From contig MU006093.1 in the NCBI GenBank assembly GCA_010093705.1, forward strand, positions 553,557-617,556: 64,000 bases of DNA. The letters run 5' to 3'. The first letter of the stretch is position 1, and every line of letters starts with the position of its first letter. Of the stretch, positions 24,412 to 37,199 are shown one piece after another. The notes under the pieces are model-generated. The model searched no databases and had not been told where the DNA came from. It saw nothing but the letters and a program-made list of their open reading frames with translations. The DNA comes from Patellaria atrata CBS 101060. Taxonomy: Eukaryota. A program made the position numbers and the translations under genes.

Positions 24412-26330
24412 ATGGCAGCAGAGTCCCTAACATCCGAAGGGATAGACTTGGACGTACAGATACCAACTGAACTATCTGGGGACGGCTCATCATCTGGAGA
24501 TCACCGGCCTCATATACAACATATATCAACAATTCTTGGTGTGCGTTTACCCCGTAGAGATCCTAATACTCTCTGGGATATTTCTATTGACCGTGGCCAA
24601 ATCTCTCAAGTCACTCCCCATGAAACAAGGGACTCCAGTTCAGAACCCTTGCCAGGAGTATTGGACGCTACAGGAAGATTAATTGCCCCATCCCTCTGTC
24701 ATGCTCATATCCACTTGGACAAATGCTTCCTTCTACAAGATCCGAAATTTGCCGATCTTCAAATTACAAAAGGCAACTTCGAAGAAGCGATGGAACTGAC
24801 CAGCCAGGCAAAATCACGATTTGAGGAGGAAGATTTGTTGCGACGAGGAAGGAGGCTTGTTGAGGAGAGTATTAACTTTGGGGTGACATCGATGAGGGCT
24901 TTCGTGGAAGTTGACCGAGTCGTACAGCTGAAATGCCTTACTGCTGGACTTATTTTGAAGAAGGAATTCATAGGACGCTGCGACATACAAATATGTGCAT
25001 TTGCTCAGCTTCCATTGTTCTCGGGGTACGATGGAGATGATAACAATTGCAATTTGCTTGCTGAAGCTGCTACGAGATATGGGGTGGATGTTCTCGGTAG
25101 CGCGCCTTACGTGGAGGAGAATGAACAGAATATGGTCCGTAATGTCTACTTCATATCAAAACTTGCAGTTACTCATGGAAAACATCTTGACTTTCATATG
25201 GACTACAACATCGATTCCAGTTCGGAACCCTTCATCTGGTCTGCATTCGAGGTCGTTAAGAGCAACCGCTGGTTTTGCAATGCTAGTAAAGGTAAATTGC
25301 TAACTTTTGGTCATTGCACACGCCTCATCTTTTTCAATACTGAAGAATGGATTCGACTACGACACATGACCCGAAATTTTCCTATCTCTTTTATCGGACT
25401 CCCAACATCGGACCTGTTCATGATGCGGTCAGCATCCAAAGTACGGGGCACGCTAGACATTCTTGAAATGATCAAAGCGTACGGACTAAAGGCTGCTATA
25501 TCCGTCAATAATGTTGGAAATGCCTTCACGCCTCAGGGCAATGTTGATCCGCTAAGCGTGGCTTGTCTAGGGGTCGCCGTGTACCAAGCAGCCACGAAAG
25601 AGGATACTGAGATATTGTTTGTGAGTACACATTTTTGTACCGTGTGAACTCTTCAGGCTCTTCATTCCGCTACGTCGCTTTTCCTCTATTCCCTGTACTA
25701 CCTATGAATACTGCCTCGTCCATTCTTCTTCGACCTCGTACCCTGCCGTATGCTTGCAGAAGATGTACTGGTGGATGTGATTTCTGCAGCCTTAAGTATC
25801 CACTATTAGCTGTACAAGCATGCCCTACATATACTAGGCAAACTTTTGTATTTGCCTTCTTTCGTATACCGAGACCTTAAAAGAAAGCGTATAGTGAAGG
25901 AGGAATACCATGTCCGGGGGAGGGATGGTAGCTGAAATTAGTGCTTTCGTTCTCATCAGTCAAGTTCTATTATGATCTTGTGTCAGTATATTGTCTTCCT
26001 TATTTTAAAAGACCGCGAGGTTCATTCGCTGTAGAAATCTTGATATTGGCCAAAGATAGCGTTGGCATACCACAGTACTACCCTTTTCTTATATGATTCC
26101 TATCCTTGGCGGTAAGATATTGACTTAAGCAGGAATCCGTGTCAACCCGAGCTAAACGTGCCATTGGACTTCGTAGTGCCTCACTTGACATTTCTCCTGG
26201 AGAGCCCGCAGACTTTGTCATCTTCGATGCTGTTGATGCCAGCTGGAGGAATAGGAAGAGCATCTCTGAGGTCGTTTATGACGCTGGGATTGCAAGACAG
26301 ACAATTAAGGCAGGTCTCTTAGTCTCGTAA
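24412..26330 (+). CDS. Metal-dependent amidohydrolase, cytosine deaminase-like
   Basis: Motifs PSLCHAHIHLDK, GVTSMRAFVEVD, HLDFHMD, GHCTRL, LPTSDL, NNVGNAFTP and PGEPADFVIF. One long intron, 25621-26132. Confidence 0.87.
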
Positions 26331-26726
26331 ACAATATCAAATGATCTAGCATTTCGCGTGGGTAACGCGCTGTAGCACGTGAATACGAGCGTTCCGTGGC
26401 CTCCAACAACAGCAATTTCTGTGAATATTCGTCCCGCATAAACAAACAACAGAGAGTCTAGATCCCCCCTCTTCTAAGAGCTCTTCACAAGAATGGCCCA
26501 AGCTTATCATTGTGTTGATACTTAGGCTAACGCGGCAAGTTCGCACTCTTCTTCTATCAACACAAAATTATTACGCTCTCATCGTCTCTCCTTCCGTACA
26601 ACATTATGGAAGCATAATTGTTGTGAACGATTGAACGACTTAGGTAGCAATTCGTATTCGTTCTCAATTCTTTTGGATAGAAAAATAAGTTTCGTTAGCA
26701 AAAGGCAAAGGCGTAACGTCATCAAT

Positions 26727-28494
26727 ATGTCCGGCACTTGGTTGAACCTTCCTCTAACGCCAATAACTCCTTCTACAAACCCCATCTCACGCTTCATCAA
26801 TCAGGTTAAGGTAAGTCAAACACAACCTAAAGCGCCATTACCCCATAAAGTCCCCGCTCACGTCAAACAGGTGCGCATGGCCAATGCACCGGACAGCGAA
26901 GTGATCATTCTGAACACGTATAACACGTTCGTTAGATCAATTGGAGCCTGGAGACGTGGAGCAATGGATCAGCAGACACTTGAAGGTGTCGCGCAGCACT
27001 TGTTTGCAGCTAACTTTCCTGACCTGCTTACTGCTTTCGAACGACTTGTTCTCGCCTCTGATTCACCTAACCACGGGGTTCAAGCCGTTGGCTCAACCAA
27101 AGACGCGTACCATCCAAGCGGCTCAACAACCCTTCCGGATAACGGAAGTAGTTCCTCTGACTTGACCAGCATTAATAGTAACCCAATTCTAGACGCGGCG
27201 TCAGAGCTTGTTGAGGTCGCTGGCGCCTTCAAGAAGCCAGCATTACCACCAAGAGTCCAAACACTCCGACAAGATACCACTTTTGCAAAAATCCTTCGCA
27301 AGGCGCCAGAAGATCCCCTTGTCAATTCAACCAAGCGCCAGAAGACCCATCCATATTATTTGTATGGGTATAACATGGAGCAAGCACCAACTCCCGGTTA
27401 TGTTCCTTCAACCATCAGTCCTTACGACGAAGAATGCAATGTTCCGTATGAGTATGTCCCCCCCCCTCCACCCTCCCGCACCCCGCCAACGCCAGGATGG
27501 GCTTCTGACGACAACATCTACGTGGGCGTCCCATATCAAACCTTTCACCTAGGATACCAACATTCCGAAGAACTTCCCCCACTACCAACGGCGCCAACCA
27601 CTTTCGCGGACCCCCTGGAGCAGCCGGAGTCCTTCCAACCCGCGGAGATTGTATCCCGACCCAAGCCCCGCAAGTCGGCGAGACGCACGGCCATGCAAAT
27701 GCAGATGACAACAACTGCCACCGGATGGAAGGGAGTTTCGAGGACCAGCGGTAAAGGACGGTATGTTCACGCCATCTGTGGAGACCGATTTGTATTTCTG
27801 TCGAGCCTGAAGACCCACCATTTCGGCCGCACCAAAAAGAAAGACGGCAATGTGGGCGCGGGTTGCTGGAACCGAGCTGGGAGACCACCGATAGAGTGGT
27901 GAGTCCTCCTGCCATAGTAGTTCCATTCCAGAATTGGATTGTCCGGATCCTCGTTATCATCGCAACTCTTAAATTCTCAGGCTCTTCCCATAATGCACAG
28001 TAAGAACTAAAAGGTAAAGGAATAGTGCTAATTGTGGTTATAGGAATGCCCACCCTACCTGCAAACGCGGCTACAAAGGCGAGATGGACGTTGATGATAA
28101 CGGCGGCAACCTTGCTGGTGGACAAGGAGTTGAGAATGATGTTGGAGAATATCACGTCGAGGAAGAAGAAGAAAGTGGAGACGAAGATGCGGAAGGCGAT
28201 ACCGACGAGGAAGCTCTTACCTTCAAACCCGCTCCGAAGATGGCAACCCCAGGTACCAAGGCGAAGCGAACACCCAACAAGAAGGTCCCCGCTGGCTCCT
28301 CCGCCAAGAAAGCTGCCAAAGCTGATACCGATAATGATTCCGCTTCGGAGTTTGATGATACTCCCAGCAAGAAGAAGAAGACGACCGTCATCAAGAAGGG
28401 ACCGGTTGGAGGTGGCGCCAGTCCAGCCACGGCTGCTGCCAAGGCTGCTAGTTTCGGACTCAGGGCTAGGAAGCGCATTTCCTATAAGGAGTGA
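26727..28494 (+). CDS. Uncharacterised nuclear-type protein: PAH-like helical domain, atypical Zn finger, acidic/basic tail
   Basis: Intron 27899-28043 (GTGAGT..CTAAT..TAG) joins ...PIEW to NAHPTCKRG and the 28084 ORF. Segments YNTFVRSI..W...LF..FPDLLTAFERLV and HAICGDRF...KTHHFG...GCW...WNAHPTC; K-rich C-terminus. Confidence 0.7.
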
Positions 28495-29289
28495 GCTTAG
28501 ATATGCCATTGGTCTTCTTGTTGAAACGACGTATGAATTCAAGAAAAGAGATATGAGCTCAAGAGATACGAGATGATGATTCTATCAAATGTCCGGAGCT
28601 CGACTCACGACATCCCTTATGTCTTTCACATGTACAACAGCACTGCATCAATGGGTTGGAATCTTCCTGATCTTGGCGCGGATTTTCTCATGTGAATCCT
28701 ACTCACTGTCTAGTTAGATTTACACATCATGGTTTCAATTCCCTATTTCCTTGTTTTCCCATCTACACCCAGAAACGATGTTTCTGTTGGACTAGCTTGT
28801 CCTACACACATCATGGAGTTCTGGAACACGGTTTTAGCACGGAAGGCATTTTGCAAGATACCCCCTATATCGGTTGAACATTGAGATGGATGGCTGGATT
28901 TACTTCGTCTCGTACGATTTTCATTATGAAAAACCCTCCTTTTGCTGTGTAGCCACATCTGTACGTTTACGTAAATAAAATAAAAATCTCTTTCTGGGTT
29001 TCTGGAATGATCATTGTGACCTATAAAAATGAATAATACCTCATAGATGATCGTAAAGGCCCATAAGGACAAGATGAGAAAAAAGCTCACCCTCGCCTGC
29101 AAATGCATGCTCGCTCGCTATGAAGAGATATATCTGATCATCAACGGAGTCAAAAAGAAATAAGAGGTAGATAATGTGCAGATCGCCAAGAATGTACAAA
29201 GAATTTGTAAACATCTCCTAGCCCGGCTCACCCGGTTCATTCCGTAACTAACTTCAACTTAGACCTCATTTACCTGTATCAAAATCCGT

Positions 29290-29989
29290 TTAGAAATCCG
29301 CCTCCAAACTATCTCTCACACACTTCCTCACTCGCTTCTTAAACTCTTTCGGATCATCTCGCCACTGCGCTGCCGCTTCAACGTTGGCCGGTGACTCGTC
29401 GTTCGGGCTCGAGAGCATGCTGATCACGCTTAGGAGGATGCTTTCTGGGGTTTGAACTGGTGACCACCGTTCCGCCGCCGATTCGTAGCCGTATTTGTCT
29501 TCTTCAGGTGGGTGTAGGATCGAGATACACACGTCGCCGTTTTTGTAGACTGGAGAGGGTTAGTGGGCGAACGCTGGGACGTGTATAAAGGCTCCAGTTG
29601 GTGAAAATGAGAAGGGGATATGCGGATGCGAGATATGGCAGAAACAGGACGTACTATTCGGGTGCCAGATTGGGGTCTCGAATTTCATCTTCGGTGGCAG
29701 CAAAGGGTATTCGGGGGGGAAGCTGAGTCGTGCCCGAAAGAAACCACCTAGGTATCATATCAGCGTATTGTTCTCCTTATTGATCCTCATCTTCCTCGCC
29801 GAGTCTGATGTGAGGTTGCCACATACCGCCATAGAACTTGCAATCGTCCGATATCATGAGCATGACCTCCCACTCGAACACGTTGTTATCCACCAGTCCG
29901 CAACTTATCCCTGGGATATCTTTGTCTGACTGCATTAGCTTTAACTGACGGCCTAGAAGACCCGCGGCGGCTGCTGATGATGTTGCCAT
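29290..29989 (-). CDS. Ubiquitin-conjugating enzyme E2, UBE2G/Ubc7-Ubc15 family
   Basis: Motifs VFEWEV, YGGGFFRARLSFPPEYPLLPPKM, WHPN, GDVCISILH plus acidic loop PPEEDKYGYE, and ERWSPVQT. Introns 29748-29826 and 29550-29654. Confidence 0.93.
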
Positions 29990-31055
29990 CTTTGCTGGAC
30001 GTGGCGATCCTTGGTGATGTGCGACGAAGAAGCTGCGGGAGGGGACGGATGTTCTAGCGTTTCGTTGTAGTATCTCAGGCTTTCTGAATTCTCTTGAGGA
30101 CCTTGATGTGGACTTTAAAGAACGTAGTGAGGTTGTCTATGGAAGGACTGCGGGGTTGGAGGTGGGAGGCGGGAAAGTATCTAGAAGGTCGCGAAGCAGC
30201 TAAATGAGTGGGTCAAATGATGGGTATATGACTCTATATAACTTGTAGTCTGCAGATGTAGGAATTCAGGCGCAAGAAGATTAAAATTCATGTGCGTATA
30301 GGCTAAGGTAATATGAGATGGGAAGCTGGGGGAGCTCCTTCTAGTTTCGGAATTTCCGGTTTGGGATCTGGCGGGACGGAGAGACTTCTTTCTCTTAAAA
30401 CCCTGTCGGCATGAACTGAAGGCTGATTTTCATGCAGATCGCTCTACAGTACACCTTTGAGCCGAATCCGACCCGACCGGTGATACTGTCGTTGAGATTT
30501 CATCTTCCAGAGACTTGTAATAGAACCGGTTTGTCTGAAACTGTAGAGCCTCGGCCTGTATCGTGCTGAATAAACATTAGAACTGTCAGGCCTCCCATCT
30601 AGAATTCTGCAAAATTCAAGTACACAAGTAGAACTAACCAAATTCTTTCGTATTCAAATGGTAACTTACAGTAGGTTGGGCGCAACATTAATTTCCGTCC
30701 TGGGTTCTTCTCTGCATCTTTTGAGTTTCTTGATTCATCGTACTACGAAGACCTTTAGCCAGAAGCTCTTCCTTGTCGTGTCTCATTGGAAACAATCAAT
30801 CGAAATTTCAACAATCGTCGTCCTTGCTCGATTCAATTCTTCGTTCGTGGATAAGTTTTCAGTGACATCTGACCAAGTATAGCAAATATCCTTCACAAAA
30901 GGCAAGAGCAAGAGCTGGGCGTTATCGACTTACTATAAAAGGTTCATTCGAAAACCCACCCGCTCTTTCCTGCATAACGCCTCTGCACCCAAAAAATTGA
31001 ATCGTGGAATATCAAATCCTCCCCATAACTCTAACATCTCAAATTGAGCACCACA

Positions 31056-32150
31056 ATGGATCAGAAACCTGAGGAACTCGTCCATATGTCCGCAAGCATT
31101 CGCCAATCTCCACCAATTGACCTCTCAAAGTCCGTCACTCCAGCATGGATGAAGGACAAGGTCGTCCTTATCACGGGTGGTGCTTCTGGCTTCGGCGCAG
31201 CTATGGTCAAAGCATGGGCCGCTGAGGGTGCTTGCATCATTGTTGGCGATATCAATGTTGAGAAAGGAGATCCACTTATACGCCAAATCCGCAAAGAGAC
31301 GAACAACCAGAACGTACATTTCATTCGTTGTGACGTTACAGACTGGCAGTCTCAAGTCAACCTGTTCAAAGAAGCAGTTAAGCTCAGTCCTCATGGCGGT
31401 ATTGACACTGTTGTCCCCAATGCCGGTATCGCAGCTCCGGATATCTTTCACCTTCCTAGGAATATGGATGCTCCGGAACCAAAGCAACCTAGGTTTAAGG
31501 TCGTTGATGTCAACCTAATTGGCGTCCTGTATACTACCCATCTCGCTTGGTGGTACTTACCTCGAAATCCAGGATCAAAACCGGCAGATCCGAAATGTGA
31601 TCCAGCTTCAGTCAAACGCGACCGCCATATCCTATTCATTGGATCCGCTGCGTCTTTGCATCCTATCTCTGGACTCCCTCAATACGGCACGGCGAAGCAT
31701 GGTGTCCTCGGTCTTTTCCGCTCTCTTCGATCAACATCGTCTCTCGCTGGCATCCGCGTCAACATAATATGCCCCTACTACATCGACACTCCATTGATAT
31801 CAACCATGGCTCGAATCTTCCTCGCCGGCGGAGCTATGGGCACACTTGAAGATATTGTGGAGGGAGTCAACAGACTTGCCGCGGATCCTACCGTTGTCGG
31901 AAGGGGTCTTTCTGTCGGCCCAAAGATGAGAGTAGCGCAGCAAGAAGACGGTGTTTGGACTCTGGAACCGAAGGACTCAACTAAAGGGTTTGAAAGTGGT
32001 GTTTGGGAAGCTTTTATGGATGATTGGGAGGTGCAAGAACTGTTCAACAAGAGGATGCTGATGACGCTAAATGCAGTTGCTGCTACAAGGGGCTGGATAG
32101 GATGGGTTAAGGACATTATGGGTGCTTTCAGGCATAACTTTGGCTTCTGA
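31056..32150 (+). CDS. Short-chain dehydrogenase/reductase
   Basis: Motifs VVLITGGASGFG, CDVT, NAGI, DVNLIG and YGTAK (YxxxK). Confidence 0.9.
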   Translation: MDQKPEELVHMSASIRQSPPIDLSKSVTPAWMKDKVVLITGGASGFGAAMVKAWAAEGACIIVGDINVEKGDPLIRQIRKETNNQNVHFIRCDVTDWQSQVNLFKEAVKLSPHGGIDTVVPNAGIAAPDIFHLPRNMDAPEPKQPRFKVVDVNLIGVLYTTHLAWWYLPRNPGSKPADPKCDPASVKRDRHILFIGSAASLHPISGLPQYGTAKHGVLGLFRSLRSTSSLAGIRVNIICPYYIDTPLISTMARIFLAGGAMGTLEDIVEGVNRLAADPTVVGRGLSVGPKMRVAQQEDGVWTLEPKDSTKGFESGVWEAFMDDWEVQELFNKRMLMTLNAVAATRGWIGWVKDIMGAFRHNFGF

Positions 32151-33174
32151 GGTGTTCAATGAATGAGGATACAAATTGCCTTACGGACGTGGTCAGAGAG
32201 TGGCACGGTAGTCTACGGTTAATAATGGGAATGGGCAAAAATCTCTCTAATTCGGGTGCTTAGTAGCTCGAAATGAGGTGGTTGCATGTCTCATGCTCTC
32301 ACCTCTCAAAGGGAGCAGCTGTTTCGTGGAGATATCGTACTCCTACGGATCTAAGGTTGGGAGGCCGGGTAATCGAAAGCTATAACATGATTGAAATCTC
32401 CTTTGAAAGTGATAATGCCCGTGACTAACGTGCAACCAAAAGAGTAACTTGAGCATCAACTCCGTTCATGAGCAGAGGTGCATATCTTAGTCTTCCCTTA
32501 GAACTACCTTCACGGGTTGAAACGATCCTACGGGTTGGTCTAAGGAATCGTTTACGGAATACTGTGATTCTGTACTTGATGTCTACTCCTCCTAAAAATA
32601 GTGACTTAGAGGTTAAAGCATTCAACACGACGGGAATGATTGAAGTTGAAAAAGCGTTCAAGTCCAGACGAGAGCTGGCTAAAGTGTTGACGCTAAGATC
32701 CTTCTAATATTTCCCGTCTGATACCCAAAGAGGAACAGTGCCTTGGTTCCTGATCTAATGCTCCTTACCCGTTGTGGCGTAAGGGTAATTTAAGAATGCC
32801 ATCAGTTTCACGCGCTGTCATATATCGTCATCGTGTGTACTTCTAATCTTTGATATACCTTAGTCGCGTGAGGTAGGATACTTCATGCTCTATTATATAT
32901 CCTTTACCTTTAGCACTTTCTTAATATCAACCGGCAAGTGGAATGCCGAGATCAGATGGACGATAATAACTAACGCCTTCTGCGTCGAAATAATGGTAAG
33001 GTGGCCCAGTGAAAGACACCAGGATCATAAGCAAGGAACCTACCAGCGCAAACAGTCATTGAGAACTCGAGAAATACCACGTACGCCTTTGTAATTCAAT
33101 TATCAAGATCCTTGATAGTATCATACTGATTGCGGACGCGTTCTATTTCTATAGTATTTTAACATCATGTCGCA

Positions 33175-36100
33175 ATGACTACCACTATGGAAAACGTGGG
33201 CGATTCTACCACGATGACAAATATACCTCCCGGAAACTCAACTTTTTCCCAGAAGTCCCCAAAACATGGAATGTCCTTTAAAAACAACAATTCGTTGGGC
33301 CTGGATACTCAACTAGATGCAACCGTGTCGCAAGAGATGGCTGATGGGCATACAACTCCTCAAAAGTCCGCTACAGCACCAGCTGCCTCAAGACCCGCAT
33401 TAGATAAGAAATGGGCAACTGAAAGACCACAGGCTAGTACTAGGGCATCATTGCTGGGAATGAAGAGGAGAGGTACCGCACAACTACCCAAGCCAAATAG
33501 GGCATATACGTACAACTTCGAGCCGTCGAGCGATTCAAGTTCGTCGTCTTCGAGTGATAGCGAAACGTCAGACACAGAGGACGGACTTAATGGGACAACA
33601 TCCCGTAAACATAGAACGGAGAACTATAACAAATCGAAAATCAAAAAGAAAGATCGTAGCTCAGACCCATACTCCAGATTTTCTGTTGGCAACGAGCAAT
33701 TTAGAACGAAAGGCAAGGTCTCAAAGAGGGATGGTAGACTCAAGATCTCGGTTAACGAGACGGCAAATCGTGGATATCTCGCAAAGGCTCTCGGTACGGG
33801 CATTCGCCATCATTTATATCCAGGCGGAGAAAAGGATGAAGAAAAGGATATCACGTCACCTGTCACAAGGGAAAAGATTGAGGAATTGGAACAGCCTATT
33901 GAAATTTACGAAGATGAACGCTCTCCAAATCCGAAACTTAATATTGTAGTTATCGTAATTGGCTCAAGAGGTGATATACAGCCATTCCTCAAAATAGGAA
34001 AGGTATTGAAAGAGGAATACGGGCATCGTGTTCGGATAGCTACACACCCGGCGTTTAAGAATTTTGTGGAGCAGGATTCTGGATTAGAGTTCTTCTCAGT
34101 TGGTGGAAACCCTTCGGAACTGATGGCTTTCATGGTCAAGAATCCCGGATTGATTCCATCCATGGAAACTGTCAAAGCTGGCGAGATAGGTAGACGGAGA
34201 GCATCTATGTATGAGATGTTCAATGGGATGTGGAGAGCTTGCATCAATGCGACGGACGATGAGAGTGATAAAGTGAATGCCAAAATGAGTAAGTCAATAA
34301 CGTTCTGGCTAAATCTATTTATCTAACAGGATCATACAGTGGGGGAGAACCATCCATTCATCGCAGACGCAATCATTGCAAACCCTCCCAGTTTCGCACA
34401 CTATCACATAGCTGAACGACTTGGTGTACCACTCCACATGATGTTTACGTTTCCTTACACGCCTACCACACAGTTTCCTCATCCTCTCGCGAACATTAAA
34501 GCGAGCAACGTTGATCGAGAGTACACCAACTTCATGAGTTACCCCCTAGTAGAGATGATGACATGGCAAGGTCTTGGCGATCTTGTGAATAAATTTCGGG
34601 TGAAGACTCTTGGATTAGAACCTGTGTCGACCTTATGGGCCCCTGGTCAGTTATATCGGTTAAATGTACCGTATACATATATGTGGTCACCAAGTCTCGT
34701 ACCAAAGCCTCCCGATTGGGGTCCTGAAATCGATATTGGCGGTTTTGTATTCTTGGACCTGGCATCATCTTTCAAACCATCTCAAGAGCTTATGGATTTC
34801 CTCAACGGTGGCGAAGTTCCCGTGTACATAGGTTTCGGAAGTATTGTTGTTGATGCCCCCGATAAGTTCACTAAGATGATATTCGACGCGGTGAAAATGG
34901 CCGGTGTGAGAGCGTTGGTAAGTAAAGGTTGGGGAGGCCTTGGTGATGAGGACAACACCCCAGATAACATCTTCATGCTCGACAACACTCCGCATGACTG
35001 GTTATTCCCTCGTGTCAGTGCGGTTGTACACCACGGTGGAGCAGGCACGACCGCTATCGGGCTGAAGTGTGGCAAACCAACAATGATCGTGCCTTTCTTT
35101 GGCGACCAACCATTCTGGGGAGCGATGGTTGCTCAGGCTAAAGCTGGAGCTCACAACTGTATCCCATACAAGAAATTAACAGCTGAGAAGCTTGCTGAAG
35201 GAATCAAGCAATGTCTAACCGACGAAGCAAGAGAGAATGTTGGGAGAATCGCCGAAAGTATTGCAAAAGAAGGTGACGGTGCACAGAATGCGGTTCGCTC
35301 ATTCCACAGAAGCTTGCGGCTTCGCGGAGGTCGGTCCATGAGGTGCTCAATTCTTGATGACAGGATTGCGGCATGGCAGTTGAAATCCATACCACTGCGA
35401 TTATCACCTTTGGCAGCGTATATATTAGTGGAGCGGAAGAGTATTAAATGGAACGACCTGCGCTTATTAAGGCACCATGACTGGAACGATTTTGAAGGAC
35501 CTGGAGAACCTCTCACGGGCGGCACATCCGCCGTCATAGGCACGGTTACTGATGCTGCGAAAGGCGTGGGACTTGTCCCGTTGCACATGGCTCGCTCAGT
35601 GAAGCACCGTGTCGATCACAATAAAAAGAAGAAGCGACACCAAGAGCGGAAAGCCAAACTCGTGACAGCCAACCAAGATACGAATGGCGCCCTAAATGGA
35701 CAGGATCGTCCACATTCGAAAGAAGGTGTTGAAGAAGTAGAAGAATCTCTTTCCCTTCAGACCCTTAACTCTCGACCACATCCCCAACGAGCGGAGACAA
35801 TGGAATCTGCTCTCTCCGCTGACCCTTCCGAGAACATTGCCGAACAACTTGCTCATGACACCTCACATGGTTTCAAGAAGACCGGTGTAGCAATCGCCAA
35901 AGCACCCATGGACCTGTCACTTGCTATCGCTCAAGGCTTCCACAATGCACCTCGCCTCTACGGTGACGAAACGGTGCGTCGGCCGGTCCGTGTTGAGGGA
36001 CTTCATTCCGGTCTCCGCGCTGGCAGAGACGAGTTTGTGTACGGTATCCATGACGGTGTCAAGGGATTATGGTGGCACCCTTATCAAGGTGCGAAGGAGA

Positions 36101-36897
36101 GGGGCGTACTGGGTTGTTTAACTGGAGTTGGAGTCGGAATAGGGGGCGTGGTCCTGAAGAGCAGTGCAGCTATGTTCGGACCTGCGGCATATGGGCTCAA
36201 GGGCCTGCATAAGGAGCTCCGAAAGAAGAATAGCCCAACAGGGTACATGCGCAGAGTAAGGATCATGCAGGGTCAGAAAGATTTGCAGACGCTGCAGCGA
36301 GTGAGGTCAGAAATAGAGAGGCATGAGGAAAATGTGCAGGACGATGAATTGGCCAGAGTCAGGCAGCAGGTCACTCATGCGTGGGAGATCGTGACTGAGA
36401 TTCTAGAGATGAAGCACAAAAGAATTGTCCAGGGCGGCCGTTTTAGGGGCCATTTTATGGTCAAGAAGGCACAGAAGGAGTGGGAAGACAATGACGCGGC
36501 GGAGAATATTCAGACAGCTGAGATGGCGCTCGATGCACGAAAGCGAGGACTCGATTTCTACGAAGTCTTCAAAAAGCATAGGGAGGATGTTGCGAAGGCG
36601 AACGCAGCGAGAATGCCAACGATGGAAAGTGGTAAGCAACCGATTAAGAAGATCGGAGCTGGCACAGGGCAGACACAAGACAGGAAACTGGTGTATGGGG
36701 ACGATAAAGAGACAAGAAGGCGTGATCTCAACGCGTTGATGGAAGCTACAGACAAGATGCAAGAAGTCAGCGGTGTGGAAAGGGAGGTCAGACGTGATGT
36801 AGGTATGCGGGATGCTGCTCAGCAGAAGAACGAGACTGCGACTATGGATTTTGCGAAGCCAGCTGGGGAGGGGATTAATGGGTATGCGAGATTGTAA
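33175..36897 (+). CDS. UDP-glucose:sterol glucosyltransferase-like (GT1, Glyco_transf_28 + UDPGT)
   Basis: Motifs IGSRGDIQPF, HRVRIATH, DAIIANPP, VYIGFGSIV, PHDWLF, VVHHGGAGTTA and VPFFGDQPFWG. Intron 34289-34339. Confidence 0.93.
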
Positions 36898-37199
36898 CAA
36901 AAGTGTAGTGTATTTGCTTTACTTCGTTCTTTTCTGATACCCCTAGCGTAGATCCGTTGAAGTAATACCATATTCTTTGAAAGCATGCATGCGTGCTATT
37001 TCTCCTTTTTCTCTAATCTTCTATAGGCATCATCTTCTTTCTCATGAGAGTTCTCACCGTAACTTTCCCTCTGACCTTTCGTACATGTCATCTCCCTTAC
37101 GTTGTGCATGCTTGACCACAACTCTTCTGCAGCATGCATAGCCAGCTCATCGCCTGAACTCGGCCGATAACGAGTGCTCAGACCGTCTGTTCTCCCTTT

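Noticed and set aside
27415..28542. 375-aa minus-strand ORF
   Set aside because: It is the antisense shadow of the spliced plus-strand gene and has no recognisable motifs.
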